64,000 nucleotides of DNA, from positions 1-64,000 of the forward strand of contig JAUCBJ010001932.1 in NCBI GenBank assembly GCA_032718475.1, written 5' to 3'. Under the pieces are notes generated by a model. The model did not search any database. It worked only from the letters and a program-made list of their open reading frames with translations, and was not told the origin of the DNA. The DNA is from Nemertoderma westbladi (lineage: Eukaryota; Animalia; Xenacoelomorpha). The translations under genes were made by a program, and so were the position numbers. Positions 26,801 through 39,947 of the stretch are shown piece by piece (the stretch's first letter is position 1; every line of letters begins with the position of its first letter).

Positions 26801-26890
26801 TCACTGCGACACTGCGGGATGCGGTAGCTAATATAGAAAAGGATGCGGTAGCTAATATGTTATAGAAAGGGATGCGGTACCTAATAAGTT
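17858..26890. repeat. Satellite array of 29-bp and 24-bp units, about 9 kb, roughly 300 copies
   Basis: TAGAAAGGGATGCGGTAGCTAATA(TGTTA) repeated head to tail; interrupted by a SINE at 26557-26815. Confidence 0.98.
26557..26815 (-). mobile_element. tRNA-derived SINE with an L2-like 3' end
   Basis: Minus strand shows A box TGACCGAGTGG, B box GGTTCGAATC, 3' end ...GAAAAGCGCTATATAAAT and an (ATT)n tail; GGGAT duplicated at 26552-26556 and 26816-26820. Confidence 0.85.
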
Positions 26891-26899
26891 TAAGTGCTA

Positions 26900-28160
26900 A
26901 TATCCCACGTGGACGATTGAAAACACTTGACTACTTACCGACCGGTATTTGAACGCCTTTACCGTAAATGTAAAACACGAACCTAATCTGATAGGTCAAG
27001 AACGATTTAAAACTAAACTCAAAGACATTGCAATGGCGGTAGCATACCCTTACCAATCCCGTACGCAACCCTTTCTATCTAAGGATGAACTACTCGCATT
27101 GAAGTCACTCTCCAAGAATTCTGATCTGGTCATCAACCGGGCAGACAAAGGCAACGCGGTCGTGGTTCAAAACAAATCGAATTATCTGTTTTGGACAAAC
27201 GGCGACGAATCAAGGGTTACTTTTGTATTGTTTAATTTAATTTGTTTATTTTGTTTATTAATTTAAATTGTTTAATTAACCACACCGAGTTTAACGACCT
27301 ACGTTCCTCATTCGTTCCACGCATATTAGTTTTTAACCATTTTAATACGTCACATTTTATTTCAGTTTCGGGACTCAGACTCAAACAGACTTTTATGGAT
27401 TTTATATGGATTTTAAATATTTTGTTCTGTCACATATTGTCATACCTTTTACTTAAAGCCTTATATCTGTCGTAATGGTGACCGGACACCCCCCCCCCCC
27501 CCCCCCAGGACACTCCCCCCTCTTATGGGGGGGCTCTCCGGGTGGGGGGTGGGGGGGGGGGAGGTGGGGGGGGTTGTCCTAGATCAGTCGTAATTCGTGC
27601 GAATTCATTTATGTCTATTACGTGCATTTTATAATTGTTTTTATTGTCAGTTTATCTGAATTGAATTGTAGAAGATGAAAAAGATCTTGAAGGACAAATC
27701 TAAACTCCTGCCACTAAAGGAGACACAGGAGGTACAATGTAATACATAATAGAGTAATACATAACATAGATAATAATACGTGATACCTTTAACAGATTAG
27801 CACCCACAGGTACTCAACTAGCTCGACTATTTGGACTTCTAAAAATCCATAAATACGGTACTCCATTACGGCCCATTCTTTCTGCTATAAACAGAACTAC
27901 TTACAGACTATCGAAATATTTTCGTTTACCATAACTTACACCTGCCGTTACCAGCCCTTACTACTTACACCTGCCGTTACCAGCCCTTACTACTTACACC
28001 TGCCGTTACCAGCCCTTACACGCTCACAGACACATTCTCCTTCAATGACGGTCTATATAAACTCAAATTTAACAAGAAAATGCACATTTGCAGATTTGAA
28101 GTTAATCTTTATTTTCTACAGTAATATCCCACTGGACGAAACCATAGACATTATCATTAA
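26900..28160 (+). mobile_element. Decayed Penelope-like element RT fragment with internal insertions
   Basis: VINRADKGNAVVV, RLFGL*KIHKYGTPLRPILS and NIPLDETIDII are PLE RT motifs; about 480 bp extra at ~27190-27670 relative to the 59.9-kb copy. Confidence 0.75.
27477..27586. mobile_element. 110-bp palindromic MITE (poly-C/poly-G arms)
   Basis: GGACACCCC...GGGGTTGTCC inverted arms; 8-bp TSD GTCGTAAT at 27469-27476 and 27587-27594. Confidence 0.7.
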
Positions 28161-29494
28161 ACAATTATTAAATTAATTAATACATTAAATATAACATTGT
28201 AAATAATGATAACATGACAACAAAATCTTGTCAAGTTTACTGCTATATTGACAAACTAAACTTAACATATTTACAATGTTTATTGTCAATGCGTGTATGG
28301 ACGCCCTATACAATACAGTCACCAAGGGTAACTAAACATTAAAGTTGTGATGAAAAAGCGTAAAAGAAAATTCACAGTCCGCCTTTCCAAATGTACAGCA
28401 TAACTGGAAAGACAATGATAGGCCTATTTTTACAAAAGTACAGCCTTCTGAGCTTTGTAAAGCTGCTATAAATTTGTCACTGCTGTGAATTTACAACTGA
28501 TGTCTTTTAAAATTATTTTGGGGAAATATTCACACATAATTTTACGTCGAAGTGTTTAAAAAATACAATGTGTGTTTTTAAAACAATAAATGGTAAATTT
28601 ACACCAGCACTATTGCTACCTGCTGTAAATTTGTCACTGTTATGAATTTACAACTGCTGTAATTTTAAATCATTTTGGGAAATGCACTCACAATATTACA
28701 GTAGAGTTGAAAAACACAATAATATTTTTTATCAAATCATTAGCAAATTTACATCATTAGGCCTACAATACTACGGCGGCTGATATAGTTTTGTCACTGC
28801 TGTGACATCCAAAACGTACAGAATGATAATGCGAGGTAAAACAAAACACCCAGACCACCACTGTAACATACAGTACTACTGTAATGTAGGTCTAAGATTG
28901 AACATTACAGCAGTTGTAAATTTACATCAGTGGCAAATTTACAGTAGATAACAGCTACTGATGTTGTTGCGAGCCAAGCCGAATCACAGGCTAACCAAAG
29001 CAATAACCTATATACCAATTTAGGCCTCGCAGTCTCTCCTTACCCTTACTTATCCTTACCGCTACTAAATAAACGGTAATGAGAGCAACCCGAAGCGTCT
29101 GTAGCTCCTTTCTACTGTAAATTCCAACCTGAGTGCAGGTGGCCTATGTAAGCACTCTCTCTGTCTATCTGCTACACTACTGTAGTTGTCAAGGATCGCG
29201 CTGTTCTCTAGGCAATCAAATGTTTGTTTGGAGAATATTTTAATTTATTTAATTCCTAAAATCGTGCGGTGAGTCTGTAGTGGAAACCAGGATACTCCTG
29301 TGTACTGACGACTGTAATGGCTTACTGGCGAATTACTAACTGGCAAACCTCCCATTTTTTAGTCAACCGCTTAACATAGAATAGCCACTGTTAATAATTT
29401 TCCAAATGTAACCAAAACTAGTCATATTCTCCGCTATGCAGCGTAATGTCCCTAACTTACCCAAATGTATGAAGCTACGCTCATTTTAATTTAT

Positions 29495-31185
29495 CTACTA
29501 CTAACTACTACTACTAGGTCGAGCGAACTCGGACAGTGGAAATGAGTGAGATCCTTCCAGGCTTCCCTATTCTCCATAGTTGTCGCAATTTCGTTTCTCC
29601 CAAGTTCAGTATCCCTTTCAAGTTGATCTATATATGTTATGGCTGGTCGTCCACGACTACGCTTTCCATGAGTTGGTTGCCAGATAAGTAGTCATCTTTA
29701 CTTCGCCAGCAGTGCCCACTGAATCTTAATCTGCGTTCAAGGAGGGTGGTTGATACATGTGGTATTGTACCATAAAGCTCGGCGTTTGTCATGTGTTGTC
29801 TCCAGCTGATGTTTAGGGCTGCCCTTAGTAGTCTTGTGTAGCAACCATCAATCCGTTGTTCAAGTGATTTAGTCAGTGTCCAGGTCTCACCCCCGTATAA
29901 AAATACACTTTCCACTGTGGCTCGAAAGAACTTAGTCTTCAGGTGCCTGGAGAGATCTGATTTCCAGATGGTATCCATTTTTGATAGAGCTACCCAAGCC
30001 TTTGCTTTCCTAACTTCTATGTCCTTTTGCTACTCTCTATCCATGATCCAAGGTACTGGAAGTCGTCGACCTTCCTTAGTTGATTATTATCAATGGTTGT
30101 CAAGTTTCCATTAACATTAAAGGTCATGCATTCGGTCTTGGTACAGTAGCATTTATATGCAATCCAACCTCCTTAGCAGCCCTCTCCACTTTATTTAGAA
30201 GAAGCTGTGCATCTGCTAGCTTATTAGAGAGCAGGGCGATGTCATCCGAAAAGTCGGTGTCTGTGACTGTAGTTGCCGGATATCTACTACTTCTGCGTTC
30301 TTGAAGTGTGAATCTCAGATCTTCACCCTTTGTGGCCGTCCTCATTGAGTAATCCACAACAATTACAAATAGTAATGGTGCTAATGTGTCACCTTGCAGT
30401 ACGCCAGCCAGGATTGAGTAAAACTCAGTTTCACTATCTGGTGTGAGTACCTGCGCTTCTGTGTCACAATATAACAATCCAATGCCAACAACAATTACTT
30501 CTGCTATTCCATAAGTTCTTAGGATTTCAAGCATTTTACCTCTATGGATAGAGTCGAATGCCTTCTTGAAGTCCACAAAAGTCATGACTGCGGGGAGATT
30601 CTTTGACTTAATTCCTTCAATCAGTTTCCGTAGTGCAAGTATCTGAGCTATTGTTGATCTACTTGGTCGAAATCCGTTTTGGCTCTTACGCAGTACTGTA
30701 GTTTCTCTAAAAAAATATTTTGGCGGCTATCACAAGCAGACAAATCCCACGATAATTTGTTGGTATGCCGAGTTCTCCTTTCTTTGTGAGAGGCTTTAGT
30801 TGACCTTTAGTCCAAATTGGTGGAGGATTTTCCCCTTTTAACATCCGGTTGCAAACATTCAATAATGGTCTGTTTAGCACTCCGTTATTCCATACCTCCG
30901 CTGGGATTTCATATAATCCACTCGCTTTATTATTGGACATGCTTTTAATGCTTCTTTGGAGTTCGGCAGGTGTGAAGTCCCCTGTTTCTATAGGTAGTGT
31001 CTTGTCATATATTTTCCTTGTAGGGCTGACCTCGATATTTGGTGGCTGCCCAAGTAAATTGCTGAAGTCATTTCTCCACTTCCCAACATGTTCTTCAGGA
31101 CTATCGGCTTTGAGGCGCCCCTTTGCACAACTTTTCCGACCAGATACCTCATTTACAGTTTGCCAGGTAAGTCTTGATAGTTGCT
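29495..31185 (-). mobile_element. 5'-truncated RTE-clade LINE (RT domain, frameshifted)
   Basis: NYRGICL, FVDFKKAFDSI, LQGDTLAP, FSDDIALL, RRLRFSGHCWR; (TAG)n tail at about 29495-29518. Confidence 0.9.
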
Positions 31186-31966
31186 GTAAATAATTGGTTA
31201 ATAATTCCGCTGCTTTTCCACAGTAAACACGGGAGGTTGGGTGCTGGTAAATAATTCCGCTGCTTTTCCACAGTAAACACGGGAGGTTGGGTGCTGGTAA
31301 ATAATTCCGCTGCTTTTCCACAGTAAACACGGTAGGTTGGGTGCTGGTAAATAATTCCGCTGCTTTTCCACAGTAAACATGGGAGGTTGGGTGCTGGTAA
31401 ATAATTCTGATGCTTTTCCACAGTAAACACGGGAGGTTGCGAGTTGGTAAATAATTCCGCTGCTTTTCCACAGTAAACACGGAAGGTTGCATGCTGGTAA
31501 ATAATTCCGCTGCTTTTCCACAGTAAACACGGGAGGTTGCGTGCTGGTAAATAATTCCGATGCTTTTCCACAGTAAACATGGGAGGTTGGGTGCTGGTAA
31601 ATAATTCCGCTGCTTTTCCACAGTAAACACGGGAGGTTGCGTGCTGGTAAATAATTCCGATGCTTTTCCACAGTAAACATGGGAGGTTGGGTGCTGGTAA
31701 ATAATTCCGCTGCTTTTCCACAGTAAACACGGGAGGTTGGGTGCTGGTAAATAATTCCGATGCTTTTCCACAGTAAACATGGGAGGTTGGGTGCTGGTAA
31801 ATAATTCTGATGCTTTTCCACAGTAAACACGGGAGGTTGCGTGCTGATAAATAATTCCGCTGCTTTTCCACAGTAAACACAGGAGGTTGCGTGCTGGTAA
31901 TTAATTCTGCTGCTTTTCCACAGTAAACACGGGAGGTTGCGTGCTGATAAATAATTCCGCTGCTTT
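31186..31966. repeat. 50-bp minisatellite, about 15 copies
   Basis: Unit GTAAATAATTCCGCTGCTTTTCCACAGTAAACACGGGAGGTTGGGTGCTG. Confidence 0.95.
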
Positions 31967-31999
31967 CTTTAAATTAATTTTCTTCATAGAAATATAAGA

Positions 32000-32820
32000 G
32001 TTTCGGAATTGACTGTTGTGTTCAGAGACTAATATTTGCTCTTGTGTACAGATTCGCTAAGTCCCAATCGGGATAATGACATTTGACAGATAGGGCTGCA
32101 TGATTTTGTAGATGATGGTATATCGGAGATAATATTGAAATTTGATACATATTTATATTTCAGTAAATCAGTCGAGCACAATGCCCAGTCCAGCTGTGAA
32201 AACCATATCTTTAAATGTAGTTTCCTTGAAACTCCTTTCCCTTAAAATTTGCATGATTGATGGGTGTTAAGTTTCTCGACTCACATAGTTTCAGAACTTC
32301 TCGGCCGTTTTGATTGACGGTTTTGTCAGGATTTGAGGAGTATTTTAAACACTTTTTTATACTTTTCTTGTGGGACAAAGTTACATTTCCCAAACGGGCG
32401 TTTAAGTCGCCCAAAATTAAAACGCTCGTATTCTGACGCTTTAATTGTTTATTGATTGGCGCGAAACTACAGAAATAAAAAAATGGTGAGTCAGATGGCG
32501 TAATATAAACTGCACCAAACCTAAAACTCGGATTTAGTACAAACAAAACCAAACTTGGTCTTTTAATACCTAGATATTGCAAACAGAGTAGAGAGTACCA
32601 CAGTTGAGATCGAATAAAAACACCCACGTGCCACCTCTGTGACTGTGATATTCATTATCCAACATGAGACTTCGTACAAACTCGAAACCCGGTAAACCTA
32701 TACGGTGTGCAGTTTATAATTCATTGACACAAATTATGTCATAATTTACAATTAGATTCGTGTAAAATTGAGATTCTAATTTATTACTTATACCGTTAAT
32801 GTTAATAGATAGAATGTTTA
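32000..32820 (-). mobile_element. Decayed LINE APE endonuclease fragment
   Basis: AVYITPSDSPF...LILGDLNARLG...VNQNG motifs, with frameshifts. Confidence 0.7.
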
Positions 32821-32889
32821 TAAAATTAGACCTAAAAGAGTTTTCCATCCCATTAATTTAAAATGTTGAGGCTGATATCCCTGTGAGTG

Positions 32890-33109
32890 TTTCCCCCTGC
32901 TGCTAGCCTCTACTAGCTGTGTTCTCCCTCCGAGGTGGTTTGACCTCTCACCTCTCTCTGTGGCTTTAGGGCTTGTGTCGCCCCCCCCCCCCCAAAGTTG
33001 GTTATGAGGCGAGATTATTATTGGTAATCTCGTATCCCAAACTATATTGATAAAATGCCACTGGTCCCATTCTAAGGTGGATAGTGTAATCGAATTGAAT
33101 CCGCTTACA
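32890..33109 (-). repeat. Truncated 3' LTR of the minus-strand BEL/Pao element
   Basis: Direct repeat of ~40388-40603 with scattered substitutions; abuts the polypurine tract. Confidence 0.85.
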
Positions 33110-33275
33110 CTCCCCCCAATGCTATCTTCCCGGTGAGAAGATAGCATCAAACTTAAGTGCGCTTCAATTCCGCTGGAACCCAACCTAATATCGGGTGTGG
33201 GGTGGAGTCTTTTCTCGGGGTCGGCTTTCCAGATCGACCCCCCCCGGGTGTGTTGTTGCTATCCCTCCTTGGTGC

Positions 33276-33560
33276 AAAAAAGTAAAGTAAAAGTAAATTT
33301 TCTTTGGCCGCTAGGCCAGGGATTACGCACAAAGTCTGACGGCTTATTTCCAGTACGGTCCCCCCAGAACTTTACTCCCCAGAGGAAACTCCAGTACTCA
33401 TTTAGCTACCACTTAAGGATGCAAGGCAGAGATGCGCCCTGGCTGGTCCCTTTAAAGCATTCGTGCCGAAACGAAAACTGCCCTGGCCCATGTGAGGATC
33501 GAACCCACGACCTACGGGAGATGTGAATTCAATGCAACCACCACACCAAGGTGGAACCAC
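33276..33560 (-). mobile_element. tRNA-derived SINE inserted in the BEL element
   Basis: Minus strand shows A box TGGTGTGGTGG, B box GGTTCGATCC and a (TTTAC)n tail; no counterpart in the + element. Confidence 0.7.
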
Positions 33561-36500
33561 GTTGTCCCTTATTCTCTCTCTCGCGGACCTCGTTGTCCCT
33601 TATTCTCTCTCTCACAGACCTCCTTGTCCCTTATTCTCTCTCCAGTCCCTTGGGACTCTTCCTTTCTCTCCGCTCGCTCCCCACACTTGAATTGCACTTA
33701 TTCTACCTCCTCACGTGTCAACACCTCCTCTCCATACTTCCCCCGAATCCCCATTTTCGTTTTCATTCTCCATACACTTATTGGGTCCCACACATCTGCG
33801 CATCATGTTAGTGGGATCCGTCTAAGTCTTGTCCTGCCGTTCTAGTCAAATAGTCCCCAGTCCCAGTAGCTAATTGGAAAAAGGTTGTACTTGACTCTGG
33901 TATATATACGAGTTATATATATATAATAATTAATTATTATAATTATATAATATATATATTATATTATATGCTCGTCTACATGACGCGTCTTAACCCCCCC
34001 GCTCGGAGGTGATATGCCTCGTCACTCCCGGTCTTGCCCATTTTACTCTCTCTCCACCTTTCTCTTCTCTACTAACCTCTCCGCCATCACGAACTTTCCC
34101 GCGCTCACCCAATTGGTGGGGCCTTACAAAGGCTCAATTTAAGTGAGTGCCGTTAAACAAGATGTTACTAGTTTCGTTCAGTAATGGCCTTCCTCCTACC
34201 TTGTTCTTTCTTTCGTGCCAATATTCCCCTAACTTTATTTTTATTTTTATTTTTTTGTGTTCCCCCCTGTCTGTGCTATTATCATATCTACCTTCCTACT
34301 TACTTACGTGGCGCCTTCAGTGCCCACAACTTCTATGGTACTATGTACCCTACTACTATTACTACCCATGTACATATCCTATACTTCCTCTCACTACGTG
34401 GCGCTCTCAGTGCCCACAACTTCTAACTCCTACGGTACTATGTACCCTACTACTACTTCCATGGTATGCCTATATACCATACTCTCTACTCTCTTACTAC
34501 GTGGCACTCTCGGTGCCCACAACTTCTAACTCTCACGGTACTGTGTATCCTACTACTACTCTCTTGGTATGTCTATATACCACACTCCCTATTCTCTAAC
34601 TTCTAACTCTTACGGTACTATGTACCCTACTACTATTCTCATGGTATGTTAATATACCATGCTCCCTACTACTACTACTTAGTGCTACGTACTATCTACT
34701 ACTATTACTTTCAACTATCTCGCTTCTTATTTTATTATTTGCTTATTATTTATTTTTTGTATTTTTTATGTGTGGGAAGGGCGTCTCGCCCTCATTCCCA
34801 CCCCCTTCAGTCCAACATATTGGACGACTAAACTCTAAGGTGACCCTTCCAATAGGCAACACTTTCCCACAGCCCTCCTGTAGGTCTTCCTATCTTTGGC
34901 CCCTATCTTCCCTCCTATCCTCACTTCCACCAATCGGACTCTTCCGTCCCCATCGGGGTAAGTATCTACCACTCTCGCTAGTCTCCATTGGTTATTGATA
35001 ATTGTGTCATCAGTGACGATTACCAAGTCTCCCTTCTTCAACTCTCTATTGGTATTTCTCCACTTACTCATCCTATGAAACGTCGGAAGATACTATTCTA
35101 CCCATCTTCTCCAATACTCCAGACTTATTGCCTTGGCTACTTTCCAGCTTTGACGGGAATGTATGTCATCTGGATCTACACCCCGCATGTCAATCGTCGC
35201 CGTCCTCTCCATTAGCAAGTGTCCTGGTGTTAGCACGTCTAGTGATTCCGGGTAGTCATTCTCTGGATATAGCAGTCTGCTATTAATGATTCCCTCGCAC
35301 TTGGCTAGCACCGTTCTTAATACGTCCTCAGTGACCATGTGGTTGTTCATAAGCTTGGTCATCAAACGCTGGGAACTTCTGACAAGCCTCTCTACACATC
35401 CTCGGCCACCCAATTATCCACCAGCGTGCCGGCCAGCCAGCAGTCGACCAGCATCAATGTCGTGACTGATCGGCCACCTTCTCCCATCACCCTTACCGGT
35501 GAGAACCCCGAGTAGTACCGTTCCCCTTCTCTTCGCTCCTATGGTGCTTGTCGCCATCGTTTGACCTTTGCCTTGACCGAATCTTATTGGTGTCTCCTTA
35601 CACTCTTCAACTCTGTGTCCTCCTACCACACATCGGTGACAAATTCCATTCTTATCAGAGAAGGCTATCCGATCTTGTTCGAGTAGCGCCTGCCAATGCT
35701 TACAGTCCATGGTCTTATGGGTTCCGTCTTTATGCAATTGACATTTGTATCCTGGGTTGTAACATTCCTTGTATAGCCCTACACGTATTGCACGTAGATT
35801 CACATCTACCGGTTTAGTGTTTTGGTTATTTGGATATGGTAGACTGGGTGTGTTGGAATTATATTTGTTCGTGTTATTATTTTGACCCTGTTCGTGCCAT
35901 GGTGTGGCCCTACTCCCAGCTATCTGTGGACTTGTAGTTCCCTGTGTCGCCGCGTATGGTAGCGACTGCCTCAACTTTGGTAAGGAATTTGCCGCACTAT
36001 GTTCTGGTTTCGGCCTGTTGTATTCGGTCCTCGGCACCGTCCCCAGACTATCCTCGCTGTAGACTGGGTCCGTGATTAGTTCCGCCTCGTAATTGAGGAA
36101 GTTCGACATTTCCTCTAGGCCTGGTTCCACACCTTTCTTCTCCCAATCTTTCTCCACTTATTCCTCAGCCAGATCGGTAGTGCCTGCGCTATTGTAGTGA
36201 TGTTATTCGATGCGTTGAGTTTGTAAGGCGCATCTAAGGTCTTTAGCACAATCAGCACCTTTTCGACTTTATACTCGAAAGTCATGATGCTGACAGGGTT
36301 ATCCTATAGTCCACCTGATGTTATTCCCCTCAAGGTTTGCCGGATGATCTTAGCAGGGTTTCCGAATTCCCTGTCTAGGGCCCGCCATGCAGTCGTGAAT
36401 CCACCCTCGATACCCTGGTACTGCCTCACGATGTCGTATGCTGGCCCCCCTGTGTAAACTTGTAAGTATTTTAGGCACTCCGCCTGCATCAGATTCTTTA

Positions 36501-39500
36501 TCAATGTCTCGTTACTGTACATATGCCGGAATTGCAGATATTCCTCCAGTTTGCTTCCATCGAATTTGAACGGCTCCACTGATGGCAGCTCGATCGTGGT
36601 CTTAAGCCCATCGATGAGTGTCACCATTCACATCGCTTGTACTTCTAGTGCGCTCGATGGATGCTGTACAGATTCCCCTGCTGCTGGGTGCGGTTCGCCC
36701 GTCAGGCCTGTCGACCTCCTTTGCGTCGGATATATCATTGGGGGTAGCGGCCCCCTCCATATCTCTGTATCGCACGATTTGTTTTGGTCCAAGGGGTTTG
36801 GGGTTTTTGTTCTTGGTTGAGTGTATTGTTGATATTGTAATGGTGGAATGTCACCCTGTCCCCCCCCCCCCCCCACCGGTGTTATATTTGGTATTGGGGT
36901 TGATATTACCATGTTAGGGCCTAAACATCTATCGGCAATAGCTCCCCCATCCCCTGGGTATATGTTATATCCTTGCATATTATAGTCATACTGGTATGCA
37001 GGTACCGGTCTAGGCCTATCCACTCCTTGCCTATCTACCGGTATATATGCAGCGACTTCCGGATCTAATCCCATTGTCCGCGCTACCCTATCGCCTACAC
37101 TATCTCTTCCAGCATGGCCTATAGTATGTGCAGTAAGGCCTACAGTATGTCCTGCAGTCTGCCTGTGTCCTTCCGGACCGAAGTTTATTCTTCTCGAATA
37201 TTCCAAGAAGTCCTCCCCGCGACTACCGTACTCTCGATCAGCAGCTACATCCCATCGGGAAGTTTCTCTTCGATCCCCTCTCCTGTCCTCGTCCTCGTAC
37301 CGGTACATCCTGTACCCTTCTCCTGGTGTGTGGTATATCTCACCAGGTTGCGTCTCTCCGGGGCGACGGCAATCTCCCGGAGTTCGACCCCACTGACTCT
37401 CTAATTCCATCTCTGCTACCGACGGTTTACTGTCCGTCCTTCCTCTCCGGTTGCTCGTAGCAATGCTTCTTCTATTCTCTTCACTTCTTCTCTCTTCAGT
37501 GTAGCGATCCCCTTTGTGAGATCGCGCTTCGACCTCCCGGATAAACTCCACTGTTCTTCTTCCGTCTTCCGACTGGGCTCGACATCTTGTCGCTTGCCCC
37601 CTCATGGCGCCAACCACCTCTCTCTCTCTACCCGGTTGGACGCTCCTGGGGATACTCGCAATCCCCTACTATTCTCTGTCGTTGGGTGCCGCGGTTCACC
37701 TAACTCGCCGCGCGCATTGTCCGCCAACACTTGTGGGACATTCTCTGCCCCCCCCCCTCTCGCCACTAATCTCTCGTGGTGGGGTTCCCGTAGCCCCCCC
37801 CCCCATTTGGCCTCTCTTACTTCGCTACCTCCCACTTCGCTTCTACGCCCCTCTCTAGTCGACGCACTATCTATACCCTGGCTGGGTCTACTCACCCCCG
37901 CCTCTCCCAGTGCGACTGCGTGGCCTTTCAGGCTCCCGGTGGGTTGACCTACCCCCCCTACTCCCTGTGCGACTGCGTGGCCTTGCAGGCTCTCGTTGGG
38001 TTGAATCACCCCTACTACTCCCTGAGTAACTACGTGGCCTTGCAGGCTCTCACTGGCCGGACCACCTGTCTCCCCTATGTTTGTATTAATTGCACCGTTA
38101 TTAATAACATTATTTTGGTTAATTTCCTCTGGGTTATTATCTAACGTAATATTGTTACCTAAATTATTTAAATTATTTTGTTCAGAATTGGGGTTATTAT
38201 TTTGATTATTTTACATCTTTAATTTAGAATTATTATTTGGATTATTTTGCACATTTAAATTAGTATTATTATTTGGATTATTCTGCACATTTCAATTAGA
38301 ATAATTAATTCTAAAAATATTAAAATATTATTTCCTGCAAGAAAGGTTTGAATAGGGTTGTCTAATATGGTACTATTAATATTAATTCTTTCTAACGTAT
38401 TATTATTACCCCCCCCCCCCCCGCCCGTACGGTTACACCAGTCCTGGGTCTGTCGTCCAGCACCTGTAAGTGGGGTATTAACAAACGTTTCCATTACTTC
38501 TGGCTTCTCGTAAATACTACCCAAACCAGCCTCTCTCTCTGATAATCCCAACTTTGCCAGTTCTAACTGGCGCTTAGGCTTCACCTGGTATTGCATGAGC
38601 CCCCTCAACCGGGTATGCATATCATCCCGCATACGCTTTCCCGATGTCTCTCTCTCTCTCTATCCTCTCGCAAACTTTGGTTCTCTAATTCTGTCTCCCT
38701 CGCCTCCCGCTCTCTACGCTTGTTTTCTATTCTCGCCTCCCGCTCTTTACGTTCGTTCTCTACTCTCATCTCCCACTCTCTACGTTCGTTCTCTACTCTC
38801 GCCTCCCGCTCTCTATGTTCGTTTGTTTCCCTCTCTACTCTCGCTGTCTCTTTCGCTTCTCGCTCTTTGTGCTCTTTGCGCTCTTTCTCTACTCTCGCCT
38901 CTCGCTCCTCTCGCTCCTCGCGCTCGTTTATCTCTCTCTCTCCTCCCGCTCCCTGCAGTTTCTCGCCACCCTCTCAGCCCTCTCTCTACATTCCCTTGCT
39001 AACTCTATCTCTCTCTCTAATAATGCGATTCCCTCGTCTAGTTGCCTCTCCAACTCCTTCTGATCCAGCGCCACAATGTCTAGTTGACACCCCAGATCTA
39101 TCTCTAACACCCTTCTTGCTTTTGCGGAGGATGTAGCGGACTTATCGGTCGTGACGGACTCCCGTCGCCTCTCTGTCACACTAACTTTCCCCCGCTTTCT
39201 CGGGTTCTCGCTTACCTATGACACCGAATCCTCGGGGTTAACCTTGGGTTCGCCGTCGTGCGGGTCCGCCTATCCCACTAACTTAATTCCCCTTGCATCC
39301 ACTAAGTAAGGCCCTACGTACACTATGCCTGGCTCCATTACCCCGGACCGCCACAATTCAAACAGTTCCGTGGCGACCCCCCTTGCTCTCTCACTCCCCA
39401 GTTCTCCCTGTCCGAAATGGACCAAATAACGAAAATGTTTATTCGACTCACCTAGACTCTGTTATAGTTTAGGCTGGTCTACCTTTCTCCCCTCCTTGGC

Positions 39501-39947
39501 CTCTTTGAGTAGTTTCTTGGTGGCGTTGTAGGCCCGTCGTAGCCGATTACTCGTCCCGACGTCCTCTTCATCGACTCTACCTTCTCTCCTCGTCCGGCAT
39601 CGTACCGGCAGCCCCACTGTCGCCGTTCCGGTGGGCCGTCCGTCGCCCTCAGCCGGTGACTGGCCAGCAACTTCGGTACTCCGACCGCCGTCGTCGTCGT
39701 GCGTCGACCGGTCTCCCTCTCTCCTTCGTAGTTGACGGCCGCCCTCCGCTTGGGCTACCGGATCATCCCTCGTCGGCGAATCCGGCGTGGCAGGCCGATA
39801 CCATCTCGTCGTGGCCTCTCGGATCATTTGGTTGGTGTCGTCCGGGGTCCGCAGCGGCATTCTCTCCCCCTCTGATAATCGGGGCTACTGATTGCTCATC
39901 TTTACTTTCCTTGGCAGTCACAGTTTGTTAGTTGGTCAGTTTATGAC

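Noticed and set aside
26740-26815. tRNA gene (also 33490-33560)
   Set aside because: A/B boxes only, attached to SINE bodies and simple-repeat tails; no convincing cloverleaf.
28260-29000. Dispersed direct and inverted AATTTACA-containing repeats
   Set aside because: Probably an old MITE, but I could not define termini or a TSD.
30707-31880. Long ORFs in all three minus frames
   Set aside because: Produced by a 50-bp minisatellite lacking stops, running into an RTE fragment.
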